Origin: Syntrophaceae bacterium UBA5744
GTDB taxonomy: Bacteria; Desulfobacterota; Syntrophia; Syntrophales; UBA2192
Length of the DNA: 64,000 nt
Assembly: GCA_002419215.1 (NCBI GenBank)
Contig: DIFQ01000139.1
Coordinates: forward strand, 4,732 to 68,731
Direction of reading: 5' to 3'
The notes under the pieces are model-generated. The model saw nothing but the letters and a program-made list of their open reading frames with translations, did no database searches and was not told the DNA's origin. Each line of letters opens with the position of its first letter. Within the stretch, counting starts at the first letter, position 1. Shown here piece by piece: positions 1 through 10,048 of this stretch. The position numbers and the translations under genes were made by a program.

Positions 1-2
1 GA

Positions 3-416
3 GTCCTGGGCGATACACCCCATTACCCGCAGGAAGTGTCCCGGCTGAAATCGAGGGTTGGAAATGTGTCGCATATGCCCTCCCTTTACAAGGCCGGCAG
101 AATTCTTTGCCTCCGATCACCCCGATTGAGAAGATGGGTTCTTCTGCCCAGCGGCGATGTTCTTCTGTGCTGCATGGATTACGGAATGAAACATGTAATC
201 GGCAACCTGACCCGGCAGAGCTATCCGGCCATCGCCGCCTCCCCGGAACTCAAGCGGATCCGTCGGCGCATGAAAGATGAAAAGGCGGGAGACATCATCT
301 GCCGCCGCTGTGAAATCGCCGGCCGTCCCCTGTCCCACCTGCAAAACGTCTACAATCTTCTCCTCGCCAGAATGAGAGTCTTCCCGGCTCTCGCCGATTC
401 TTCCTCCGGGACCTGA
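3..416 (+). CDS. C-terminal fragment of a radical SAM / SPASM-like Fe-S protein (5' end outside the window)
   Basis: The frame is open from the window edge. The Cys-rich tail (LLCCMDYG ... GDIICRRCEIA) resembles the auxiliary-cluster end of radical SAM maturases. Motif resemblance only. Confidence 0.4.
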   Translation, partial: VLGDTPHYPQEVSRLKSRVGNVSHMPSLYKAGRILCLRSPRLRRWVLLPSGDVLLCCMDYGMKHVIGNLTRQSYPAIAASPELKRIRRRMKDEKAGDIICRRCEIAGRPLSHLQNVYNLLLARMRVFPALADSSSGT

Positions 417-565
417 GCGGAGTCCAGCCGGTCGCCAATTCCCGGTTGAATCTTTCGCCTTCCTGTGCTTAATAGGCAACGGCTCGTGCCGTTTCGCCGA
501 ATCGAGGCCCGACAGGCCGTGACGGCCAACGGGACGGACCCACGACCTGAAAGGAAGCCGGGATC

Positions 566-1072
566 ATGATTCGCGTCGTCTGCTGCTACTGCAAAAAACA
601 GGTGAAGACGAAGCCCTCGGAAATCGATGCCGTCTCGCACGGCATCTGCGATCAGTGCCTCCCCCTCATGGTCCGGGAGCTCGGGCAGCCGATGTCGGAG
701 TTCCTCGACGAGCTGGGCCACCCCGTGCTCGTCGTGCAGGACAACGCCCGGGTGATCGCCGCCAACGCGGCCGCCCGGAAGATGATGACCAAAGAGCAGC
801 TCGAGATCTGCGGCGAGCTGGCGGGAGAGGTCCTCGGGTGCCGGCACGCGAAGGAGCCGGGAGGGTGCGGCCAGACGATCCACTGCAAGAGCTGCACGAT
901 CCGGCAGTGCGTCACGCACACCCTGGAAACGGGAGTGCCCTGCCGCAAGACGGCCTATGCGGACATCGGCCTCGTCAGCGGCGACAGGAGGGTGCGCTTC
1001 CTGATCGAGACGGAGAAGGTGAACTCCTTCGTGCGGCTGACGATGTACGACGTGCGGGAAGCGAAAAAGTAG
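566..1072 (+). CDS. Cys-rich hypothetical protein: N-terminal CxxC...CxxC zinc-ribbon-like segment plus a PAS-like domain carrying a Cys cluster
   Basis: 168 aa. Motifs are CCYCKK ... CDQC at the N-terminus and GCRHAKEPGGCGQTIHCKSCTIRQC in the PAS-like core. The stop codon lies in the arm of a hairpin element. Confidence 0.6.
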   Translation: MIRVVCCYCKKQVKTKPSEIDAVSHGICDQCLPLMVRELGQPMSEFLDELGHPVLVVQDNARVIAANAAARKMMTKEQLEICGELAGEVLGCRHAKEPGGCGQTIHCKSCTIRQCVTHTLETGVPCRKTAYADIGLVSGDRRVRFLIETEKVNSFVRLTMYDVREAKK

Positions 1073-1190
1073 GGTATCGGGTATCGGGGTTCGGGTATCG
1101 GGTTTAGAGACAAGACGGGATAAAAAAAGGATCGGAGACATGATCGTCCCGATCCTTTATTTTTTCCTTACCCTAGACCCGATCCCCTAC
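1069..1190. repeat. Periodic-arm hairpin element (GGGTATC type) with an inner bidirectional terminator
   Basis: Arms are GTAGGGTATCGGGTATCGGGGTTCGGGTATCGGGT and ACCCTAGACCCGATCCCCTAC. The TAG stops of the two convergent genes sit in the outermost arm positions. Confidence 0.8.
1122..1165. terminator. Bidirectional intrinsic terminator between convergent genes
   Basis: A7-GGATCGG ... CCGATCC-TTTATTTTTT, i.e. an A-run upstream and a T-run downstream of a 7-bp GC-rich stem. Confidence 0.65.
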
Positions 1191-3259
1191 TTTTCAGTTA
1201 CGATTTTCGAGAAGTCCGCCACGTTGTGGAAGAGCTTCGCCACGGCCTCGAGCATCGAGAGGCGGTTGAACTTCACCTTCTCGTCCTTGGCCATGACGAG
1301 AACGGCCTCGAAGAAGGCGTCGACGGGTTTTCTCAGGCGGACCATCTCGAGGAGGGCCTCCTTGTAGTTGCCCATCTCGATGAGGGCCTCGGCCTTCTTC
1401 CGGATCTCGATGTAGGCGCTGTAGAGCGTCTGCTCGGCCTCGTTCTCGAAGAGCACGGGGTCCACGCAGCCGTCCTTGAAGTCCTTCAGGATGTTGCTGA
1501 CCCGCTTGAAGGCCACGGCGAGCGGCTCGAAGTCGGGGTCGCCCTTGGTCGCCTCGACGGCCTCGATCTTTTTGATCGCCTGCACCAGGTCCGAGATGCC
1601 CGTGGCCAGCACGGCGTCCACCACGTCATAGGGGCGTCCCTGGGAGACGAGCTGGTTCGAGAAGCGGCTCCGGAAGAACTCCAGGACGTCCTTCTTCGTT
1701 TCCTCGGGTGTGCGCTTGAACTTCTTCTTCAGGATGGCGATGCTGCGGTCCACGAGCTCCGGCAGCTCGATGGGGTAGCCCTTGTTGAGGATGATGTTGA
1801 TAATGCCCAGGGCCTGCCTGCGCAGGGCGTAGGGGTCGGCCGTCCCCGTGGGGATGACGTTGATCCCGAAAAATCCCACGATGGTGTCCGTCTTGTCGGC
1901 AATGCTCACGATGGAGCCTTCCTCGGTCCGGGGAAGATCGCCGCCGCCCGATGTGGGCAGGTAATGCTCGTAGACGGCCTTCGCGACGACGGGGTTTTCA
2001 CCCTGGATGAAGGCATACTCGCGTCCCATCGTCCCCTGGAGCTCGGGGAACTCGTAGACCATCTTCGTCTCGAGGTCGGCCTTGGCAAGCAGGGCCGTGC
2101 GGTCCACGTTGTCCTTCAGGGCCGGGTTGACCTTGTCGGCGATCCAGGCCGCCAGCTCCCGGAACTGCATGACCTTGTCGTAGGAGGTGCCGAGGGCCGA
2201 GTGGAAGACGACCTTCTTGAGCTCCTCGAAGTGGGTCATGAGGGGGATCTTCTGGTCCTCCTCGAAGAAGAACTTCGCGTCGGCAAGGCGCGCCCGGATG
2301 ACCTTCTCGTTGCCGCGGGCCACGACCGCCGGGTCCTTCGCCACGGTGTTGTTGATCGTCACGAAGTGGGCCATGAGGTTGCCGTCGGCGTCGACAACGG
2401 GGAAGTACTTCTGATGCGAGATCATCGTCGTCGTCAGGACGTCCTTGGGGAGCTTCAGGTAGTCCTTCTCGAAGTTGCCGAGCACCGCCGAGGGGTACTC
2501 GACGAGGAAAGAGACCTCTCCGATGAGATCCTCGTTTTCGAGGATCTTCCCGCCCACACGGGCTGCGGCATTCCGTGCCTCCTCGAGGAGGATGCGTCTG
2601 CGCTCCTCGGGGTCGACGAGGACGAAGCGCTTGCGGGTCTTCGCCAGGTAGTCCCGGTATCCCTTCACCTTGAAGGGCTTGGGGCTCATGAAGCGGTGCC
2701 CCCGGGACAGATCGCCCGACGTAATGTTCTCGATCTTGAAGGGGACCACCTCGCCGCCCCAGAGGGCCACGATCCAGTGGATGGGCCGGGCGAAGCGGAT
2801 CTCGAGGTTCATCCACCGCATGGACTTCTTGAAAGGGATCGAGAGGATGAACTTGGGCAGGATCGCGGGCAACAGCTTGATCGTGTCCTCGCCCTCGAGC
2901 TTCTTGCGGGCGCCGATGTACTCGCCCTTGTCGGTCGAGATGATCTCCACCTCGGAGATGTCGATGCCCAGTCCCCGGGCAAAGCCGAGGGCGGCCTTCG
3001 TGGGGTTGCCCTGCTCGTCGTAGGCGACCTTCCTGGCGGGCCCGAGTTTCTCGATGAGCTGATCCTCCTGCCTCTCGGCAACGCCGGCCACGCACAGCGC
3101 AAGCCGCCGCGGGGTGGCCACGGCCTTTACCTTGCCGTGCTTGATGCGGTGAGCGGCAAACTCCTTCTGGATCATCTCCTCCATGTCCGCGATCGCCTTC
3201 GGCAGGAAGGCCGCGGGGATCTCCTCCGTCCCAATTTCGAGAAACAACTCTTTAGCCAT
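1187..3259 (-). CDS. glyS: Glycine--tRNA ligase beta subunit
   Basis: 690 aa with the canonical N-terminus MAKELFLEIGTEEIPA. Lies directly downstream of glyQ on the same strand. Confidence 0.95.
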   Translation of the reverse strand: MAKELFLEIGTEEIPAAFLPKAIADMEEMIQKEFAAHRIKHGKVKAVATPRRLALCVAGVAERQEDQLIEKLGPARKVAYDEQGNPTKAALGFARGLGIDISEVEIISTDKGEYIGARKKLEGEDTIKLLPAILPKFILSIPFKKSMRWMNLEIRFARPIHWIVALWGGEVVPFKIENITSGDLSRGHRFMSPKPFKVKGYRDYLAKTRKRFVLVDPEERRRILLEEARNAAARVGGKILENEDLIGEVSFLVEYPSAVLGNFEKDYLKLPKDVLTTTMISHQKYFPVVDADGNLMAHFVTINNTVAKDPAVVARGNEKVIRARLADAKFFFEEDQKIPLMTHFEELKKVVFHSALGTSYDKVMQFRELAAWIADKVNPALKDNVDRTALLAKADLETKMVYEFPELQGTMGREYAFIQGENPVVAKAVYEHYLPTSGGGDLPRTEEGSIVSIADKTDTIVGFFGINVIPTGTADPYALRRQALGIINIILNKGYPIELPELVDRSIAILKKKFKRTPEETKKDVLEFFRSRFSNQLVSQGRPYDVVDAVLATGISDLVQAIKKIEAVEATKGDPDFEPLAVAFKRVSNILKDFKDGCVDPVLFENEAEQTLYSAYIEIRKKAEALIEMGNYKEALLEMVRLRKPVDAFFEAVLVMAKDEKVKFNRLSMLEAVAKLFHNVADFSKIVTEK

Positions 3260-3276
3260 CTGAAACTCCAGTGAAT

Positions 3277-3360
3277 GAGTGTCTAAGTGTCTGAGTGTCT
3301 AAGTGCTTCAATAAAAGGAACCGGTTCCGTCCCTATACCCGGGCCCCTATACCCGATACC

Positions 3361-3365
<5 letters not shown>
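3277..3365. repeat. Chimeric periodic-arm element in the glyQ-glyS gap
   Basis: The left arm is GTGTCTAA-type 8-mers. The right arm is CCCTATACCC/CCCGATACCC-type, so the arms are not complementary. The core contains the perfect palindrome GGAACCGGTTCC. Confidence 0.75.
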
Positions 3366-4239
<874 letters not shown>

Positions 4240-4377
4240 GTCCGTTACCTCCCGTCATGCGGCCCGGAGAGGCCGCCGGTTAATCAGAAAAACGCCCCGT
4301 CGCTCAAAACGCCTGTTAAAACGGGGATATGTCAAGCGCGACAAGTAGCACTAAGAGGGGGGCCTGTCAATGAAAAA

Positions 4378-4486
4378 GAGAAGGTGAGAGGGTAAGAGGG
4401 TAAGAAGTGTGGAGGGGCTGACAGCCTGACTCCGGTGCTCCGCTTCCCCAACCTTCTTACCTTCTAACCCTCTCAACCTCTTCCTC
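4378..4486. repeat. Periodic-arm hairpin element (GAGGGTAA type)
   Basis: GAGAAGGTGAGAGGGTAAGAGGGTAAGAAG ... CTTCTTACCTTCTAACCCTCTCAACCTCTTCCTC. Lies between the glyQ start and the recO stop. Confidence 0.8.
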
Positions 4487-5255
4487 ACGGCGTGTACCGT
4501 TTCCGGATTTCCGCGAGGACATTCAGGGACTTGAGTTCGCGTCCCGTGAGGTGCCGGACGAAACAGCCGAGGATCTCCCGGCTCTCGCGGGCCATGGGTC
4601 CCGAGAGGCCGACGCGGGGCATCCGCGTAAAGTCGATGTCCCGGCCCAGCAGGAGCGTCTTGAGCGTGCCGATGGAGACGGGGATGAAATCGGGGCCGTT
4701 CATGGTGCAGCGCGCGCACCGGATGCCTCCCTCCCTGCAGTCGAAGCGGGGCGACTCGATTGACTCCAGCGGGGTGCCGCAGGTCACGCAGCGGTCCAGA
4801 ACGGGCTCGAATCCCGCCGACTTCAGCAGCCTCAGCTCGAAGAACCTCTCCGCCGTCTCCGTCATCTGCCCGCACTCGATGAAACCGAGAAAGTCCGTGA
4901 GCAGATCGAAAAGGGGGAGGTTCTTCTTGCCCTCCACGGAGAAGTGCTCGGCAAGCTCCGCCACGTAGGCGGCCACCAGGGTCCCGTCGAGGTCGGCCCG
5001 GATGCCTGAGAAGTGGTTGATGACGTCGCTTGCCTCGATGAGGGCAAGCCCCCCGCGGCCCCTTCGGGAAAAGAGGATGGTGGCAAGCGAGAAGGGTTCC
5101 AGGGCGTTGGCGAAGCGCCTGCGGCTGCGCCGCGCCCCCTTGGCGATCCCCTTGAGCTTGCCGAACTCGTCGGTGAGAAAGGTGAGGATGCGGTCCGACT
5201 CGCCGTAATCGAGCGAGCGTAAAACTATGGCTCTCGTTTTCAGCGTAGATTTCAT
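4485..5255 (-). CDS. recO: DNA repair protein RecO
   Basis: Start moved to the ATG at 5255 (MKSTLKTRAIVLRSLDYGESDRIL, the typical RecO OB-fold start). C-terminal zinc motif CVTCG ... CARC. The upstream part of the 283-aa ORF reads through a repeat element. Confidence 0.85.
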   Translation of the reverse strand: MKSTLKTRAIVLRSLDYGESDRILTFLTDEFGKLKGIAKGARRSRRRFANALEPFSLATILFSRRGRGGLALIEASDVINHFSGIRADLDGTLVAAYVAELAEHFSVEGKKNLPLFDLLTDFLGFIECGQMTETAERFFELRLLKSAGFEPVLDRCVTCGTPLESIESPRFDCREGGIRCARCTMNGPDFIPVSIGTLKTLLLGRDIDFTRMPRVGLSGPMARESREILGCFVRHLTGRELKSLNVLAEIRKRYTP

Positions 5256-5278
5256 CTGAATCGCACGGGCATCAACTC

Positions 5279-5381
5279 TAGGGTCTCGGGTCTCGGGTAT
5301 AGGGTATAGGGAAGGAAGAAGATTATTTATAGACAAAATCCTATTCCATCCCGATACCCGAGTCCCGATACCCGATACCCC
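5279..5381. repeat. Periodic-arm hairpin element (GGGTMTM / CCCGAKA type)
   Basis: The left arm has GGG every 7 nt (x6) and the right arm CCC every 7 nt (x5). The core is AAGATTATTTATAGACAAAATCC. Lies between recO and pyrC. Confidence 0.85.
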
Positions 5382-5406
5382 TCTTCATCTGCCGGTACCC
5401 TTTCTT

Positions 5407-6704
5407 TCACAGTTCATTATACTTGATCTCCCCCCCCACGATCGTGAGGACCGCCTTGGCCGGGAGCTTCCAGCCGTTGAAGGGCGAGTTGCGGCTCTTC
5501 GAACGAAATGTCCCGATGTCCACCGTCCAGGACTTCCTGGGGTCGATGACGGTCACGTCGGCATCGGCGCCCTTCTTGAGCGTTCCCTTCGGGATCCGCA
5601 GAACGCGGGCGGCATTCACCGTCATCCGGGCGATCAGCTCCGACGGGGTCAGCAAACCCTCCTCGACGAGCTTCCAGCAAAGCCCGAGCGAGGTCTCAAG
5701 GCCGACCATGCCGTTTGCGGCATACTCGAACTCCACCTCCTTCTCGATGGCCGAGTGGGGCGCGTGGTCGCTGGCAATGACCTCGATCGTGCCGTCGCGG
5801 AGCCCCGCCCGGACGGCGGCCACGTCCTCGGCGCTGCGAAGCGGCGGGTTCACCTTGTAGGCAGTCTCGAAGCCCTTGAGGGCCTCGTCGTTCAGCAGCA
5901 GGTAATGGGGAGCCGTCTCGGCCGTCACCTTCACGCCGCGCTCCCGGGCCTGCCGGATGATGCGCACGGCGCCGGCGGAGCTGACGTGGCAGATGTGGAC
6001 GGAGGTGCCCACGTACTCGGCGATCAGGATGTCGCGCATCACCATGATGTCCTCGGAGATCGTGGGGATCCCGGGCATGCCCAGTTCCGTCGAGGCGAGC
6101 CCTTCGTTCATGAGGCCCCCCTTCGAGAGCTGCAGCTCCTCGCAGTGCGCGACGATGGGCAGTTCGAGGGAATGGGCGTATTCCAGGGCGCGTTTCATGA
6201 GCCCCGCGTGCATGACGGGCTTGCCGTCATCGGAGAAGCCCGCCGCGCCTGCCTCCTTGAGATCGCCGAACTCGGCGAGGTTCTTCCCCTCGGAGCCCAT
6301 GCTGACTGCGGCAATCGGGTAGACGTTGGCAAGATTGGCCTTCTGGGCCTGCCTCAGGATGAACTCCGTCACGGAGCGGTTGTCGTTCACGGGGTTGGTG
6401 TTGGGCATGCAGGCAATCGAGGTGAAGCCGCCCGCCACGGCAGCCGCGCACCCCGACTCGACGGTTTCCTTGTATTCGTAACCGGGCTCCCGCAGGTGCG
6501 TGTGGATGTCGATGAGCCCGGGGACGACGAGCTTTCCCTTGAGATCCAGGACCGTGATTCCCGGGTCCTTTTTCTTTCCCTTTCCGTCGTCGCCGAGGTT
6601 GCGGCCCACCGCGGCGATCCTGCCGCCCTCGATGAGGATGTCCAGGATGTCGTCGATCTTCTGGGAGGGGTCGATCACCCTTCCGCCTCTGAGCAGCGTT
6701 GTCA

Positions 6705-6708
<4 letters not shown>
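5407..6708 (-). CDS. pyrC: Dihydroorotase
   Basis: 433 aa with the amidohydrolase metal motif [10 protein letters not shown] and later SDHAPH. Overlaps the pyrB stop by 4 nt. Confidence 0.9.
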
Positions 6709-7625
<917 letters not shown>

Positions 7626-7736
7626 GTCAAACCCCGATGGATGAATCCATGAGAACGATCAGCTTGGAATTTCTTGCTGTTCTCCGAAGGCCGCAGGATT
7701 TCGTCTCACGGTGCGGGGTTTGATCTGTCTTTTCCA

Positions 7737-7768
7737 CCCCTGGACCCTGAACCCTTGACCCTGTACCC
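7737..7768. repeat. Solitary C-tract periodic arm (CCCTGNA type)
   Basis: CCCCTGGACCCTGAACCCTTGACCCTGTACCC in the pyrR-pyrB gap. Confidence 0.6.
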
Positions 7769-7778
7769 GGCCTGTCCG

Positions 7779-8318
7779 CTAAAAGGTTTCCTCGATGATG
7801 ACTGCGTCCGAGGTCTTGCGCTTCGAGAGCTTGACGAGGACCTCCTCCGACTGCGACGAGGGGAGATTCTTCCCGACGAAGTCGGCCCGGATCGGGATCT
7901 CGCGATGACCACGGTCGATGAGCACGGCAAGCTCGATGAGCCTGGGCCTGCCGAAGTCCATCAGCGCATCCATGGCCGCCCGGATGGTCCTTCCCGTGAA
8001 GAGAACGTCGTCGACGAGGACGACCTTCCTGCCGTTGAGCGAGAAGGGGATGTCCGTCTTGCCGAGTGCGCGCTGCTTTCCGGACCTCATGATGTCGTCC
8101 CGGTAAAGCGTGATGTCGAGCTTTCCCACGGGGATCGGGACCCCCTCGATGGCGGAGATCTTTTTGCCCAGGCGCTCTGCCAGCAGGATCCCGCCCGTCT
8201 GGATCCCGATCAGGACGAGGTCCTCGACCCCCTTGTTCTTCTCGAGGATCTGGTAGGCGACCCGCGTGAGCGAGCGCTCTATCCCCTCGGCATCCATGAC
8301 GACCTTTCGCTTTTTCAT
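7779..8318 (-). CDS. pyrR: Bifunctional pyrimidine operon regulator / uracil phosphoribosyltransferase PyrR
   Basis: Start moved to the ATG at 8318 ([17 protein letters not shown]). PRPP-binding motif [14 protein letters not shown] PyrR-type attenuator lies immediately upstream. Confidence 0.9.
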   Translation of the reverse strand: MKKRKVVMDAEGIERSLTRVAYQILEKNKGVEDLVLIGIQTGGILLAERLGKKISAIEGVPIPVGKLDITLYRDDIMRSGKQRALGKTDIPFSLNGRKVVLVDDVLFTGRTIRAAMDALMDFGRPRLIELAVLIDRGHREIPIRADFVGKNLPSSQSEEVLVKLSKRKTSDAVIIEETF

Positions 8319-8363
8319 GCCTTTCCCCTCTCCGGTCTTAAGCCCCGCGACCGCCCGGAGGCC

Positions 8364-8396
8364 AAAAAAAAACCTTCCCGTCTCACCCGGGAAGGT
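8364..8396 (-). terminator. Intrinsic terminator of the pyr leader
   Basis: The minus strand reads ACCUUCCCG-GGUGAGA-CGGGAAGGU followed by nine U. It lies 45 nt upstream of the pyrR ATG. Confidence 0.75.
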
Positions 8397-8444
8397 CCTT
8401 CGTCTTCGGCCTGCAGGAACCAATTTTTACAGTCATGGGAGCGA

Positions 8445-8478
8445 CCTTTTTCAATCTCTCAGGATTGCTCTTAAAAGG
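8445..8478 (-). promoter_or_regulatory. PyrR-binding loop of a pyr attenuator
   Basis: The minus strand reads CCUUUUAAGAGCAAUCCUGAGAGAUUGAAAAAGG. It has a lower stem UUUU/AAAA, a purine bulge, an upper stem CAAUC/GAUUG and a CUGAGA loop, close to the ARUCCAGAGAGGYU consensus. Confidence 0.7.
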
Positions 8479-8487
8479 CGTTGAACG

Positions 8488-8517
8488 TATATAGCAGACG
8501 GGGGGCGGATGAGTCAA
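8488..8517 (-). promoter_or_regulatory. Promoter candidate for the pyr operon
   Basis: The minus strand reads TTGACT - 18 nt - TATATA. The predicted start is just upstream of the PyrR-binding loop. Confidence 0.5.
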
Positions 8518-8545
8518 GAAATCCGTAAAGACGGCCGGTGAAGAA

Positions 8546-8648
8546 GGGGGGATAGGGTCTTGGGTATAGGGTATAGGGAAGGAAGAAGATTATTTATAGA
8601 CAAAGTCCTATTCCATCCCGAGACCCGAGACCCGAGACCCGATACCCC
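8546..8648. repeat. Periodic-arm hairpin element, near-identical to the 5279-5381 copy
   Basis: About 94 nt (8561-8654) match 5294-5387 with about 4 mismatches. It is followed by a further C-tract array at 8664-8705. Confidence 0.85.
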
Positions 8649-8869
8649 TCTTCACGTGCTGAGTCCCGACACCCGAAACCCTGTCCCCTGAACCCGTTGC
8701 CCTGTGCTGCGCACGGCGCGAAAAGGGTGTTGACATCGCAGGCGATATCCATTACAGATAGGCCACTTTATATCCTTGCCGGGGCTGTTCAAAGGCGATG
8801 GATGCGACGGGTCGCTCCATCGTCTCATCGCATCTGGGGCAACAGCCCGGTCTGACCCGGAGGTCGTCA

Positions 8870-9619
8870 ATGGGTACACTCTTTGCGGTTTCCGCCGTGG
8901 ACTTCGGGGGGGAATTCCGGGGGAATCTCCTCCAGATGGTCGTCGATGCGGGACCGATGGTGCAGTTCGTCCTGCTTCTGCTGCTTGTCTTCTCCATCGT
9001 TTCCTGGGCCATCATCCTGATGAAGTACCGCCTCGTCTCGAAGACGGAGAAGGAAAACAACCTGTTCCTCGACGCCTACATGAATTCGAGCAAGCTCTCG
9101 GACGTGATGCCCGAGTCGAAGCGATACCCCAACTCCACGATCGCGGAAGTCTTCCGGGCCGGCTATCTCGAACTGGGGAAGATCAACAGGGCCCCGAAGG
9201 GGACGTCGCAGGATCTTCTGGATCCCTCGGGATCGGCAACCATCGAGATGAAAGGGCTCGACAATGTGGAGCGAGCCCTCCACCGGGCCTGCAGCACCGA
9301 GTCCTCCAAGCTGGAGAGCCTTCTCGGGTTTCTGGCCACGACGGGAAGCGCCTGCCCCTTCATCGGCCTTTTCGGCACCGTCTGGGGCATCATGAATGCC
9401 TTCCGCGGCATCGGCGCCCGCGGGTCGGCCACCCTTGCCGTGGTGGCGCCCGGCATCTCCGAGGCCCTCGTCGCCACCGCCTTCGGCCTTGCGGCGGCCA
9501 TCCCGGCAGTGGTATTCTACAATTACTACCTGAACCGCATCCGGAACATCTCCCTGGAGATGGACAATTTCGCTTCCGAGTTTCTCAACATCATCGAGAG
9601 GCATTACCTGCAGAAATAG
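8870..9619 (+). CDS. tolQ: Tol-Pal system protein TolQ (MotA/TolQ/ExbB channel)
   Basis: Start set at the ATG at 8870, preceded by GGAGG. TM segments and the conserved GLFGTVWGIMNAF motif. First gene of the tolQRA-tolB-pal-cpoB order. Confidence 0.85.
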   Translation: MGTLFAVSAVDFGGEFRGNLLQMVVDAGPMVQFVLLLLLVFSIVSWAIILMKYRLVSKTEKENNLFLDAYMNSSKLSDVMPESKRYPNSTIAEVFRAGYLELGKINRAPKGTSQDLLDPSGSATIEMKGLDNVERALHRACSTESSKLESLLGFLATTGSACPFIGLFGTVWGIMNAFRGIGARGSATLAVVAPGISEALVATAFGLAAAIPAVVFYNYYLNRIRNISLEMDNFASEFLNIIERHYLQK

Positions 9620-9622
9620 GCC

Positions 9623-10044
<422 letters not shown>

Positions 10045-10048
<4 letters not shown>

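Noticed and set aside
1226-3274. 682-aa plus-strand ORF
   Set aside because: It is antisense to the unambiguous glyS gene. Its composition is Gly/Leu/Val/Asp/His-rich and repetitive, the typical shadow ORF of high-GC DNA. The same reasoning rejects 3295..4395 opposite glyQ, 5755..6729 and 6699..7652 opposite pyrC/pyrB, and 7674..8474 opposite pyrR.
4240-4377. Looked for a T-box, glycine riboswitch or other leader upstream of glyQ
   Set aside because: I found only a weak 6-bp hairpin followed by a short U-run (CCCCGU ... ACGGGG CGUUUUU). There is no specifier/T-box motif and no glycine-riboswitch core that I can recognise.
5279-5381. Possible CRISPR array or minisatellite, because of the tandem repeats
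   Set aside because: The units are only 7-8 nt, directly abutting with no spacers. They occur as two short inverted blocks. There are no cas genes in the window. This is not CRISPR.
7626-7778. A second PyrR-binding loop in the pyrR-pyrB intercistronic gap, as in Bacillus
   Set aside because: AAUCCUGCGGCCUUCGGAGAAC shares only the AAUCCUG start with the consensus. No adjacent terminator with a U-tract was seen.
8730-8758. Promoter for the tol operon (TTGACA - 17 nt - TACAGA)
   Set aside because: The -35 is perfect, but the -10 matches TATAAT at only 3 of 6 positions. That is too weak to list as a feature without transcript data.
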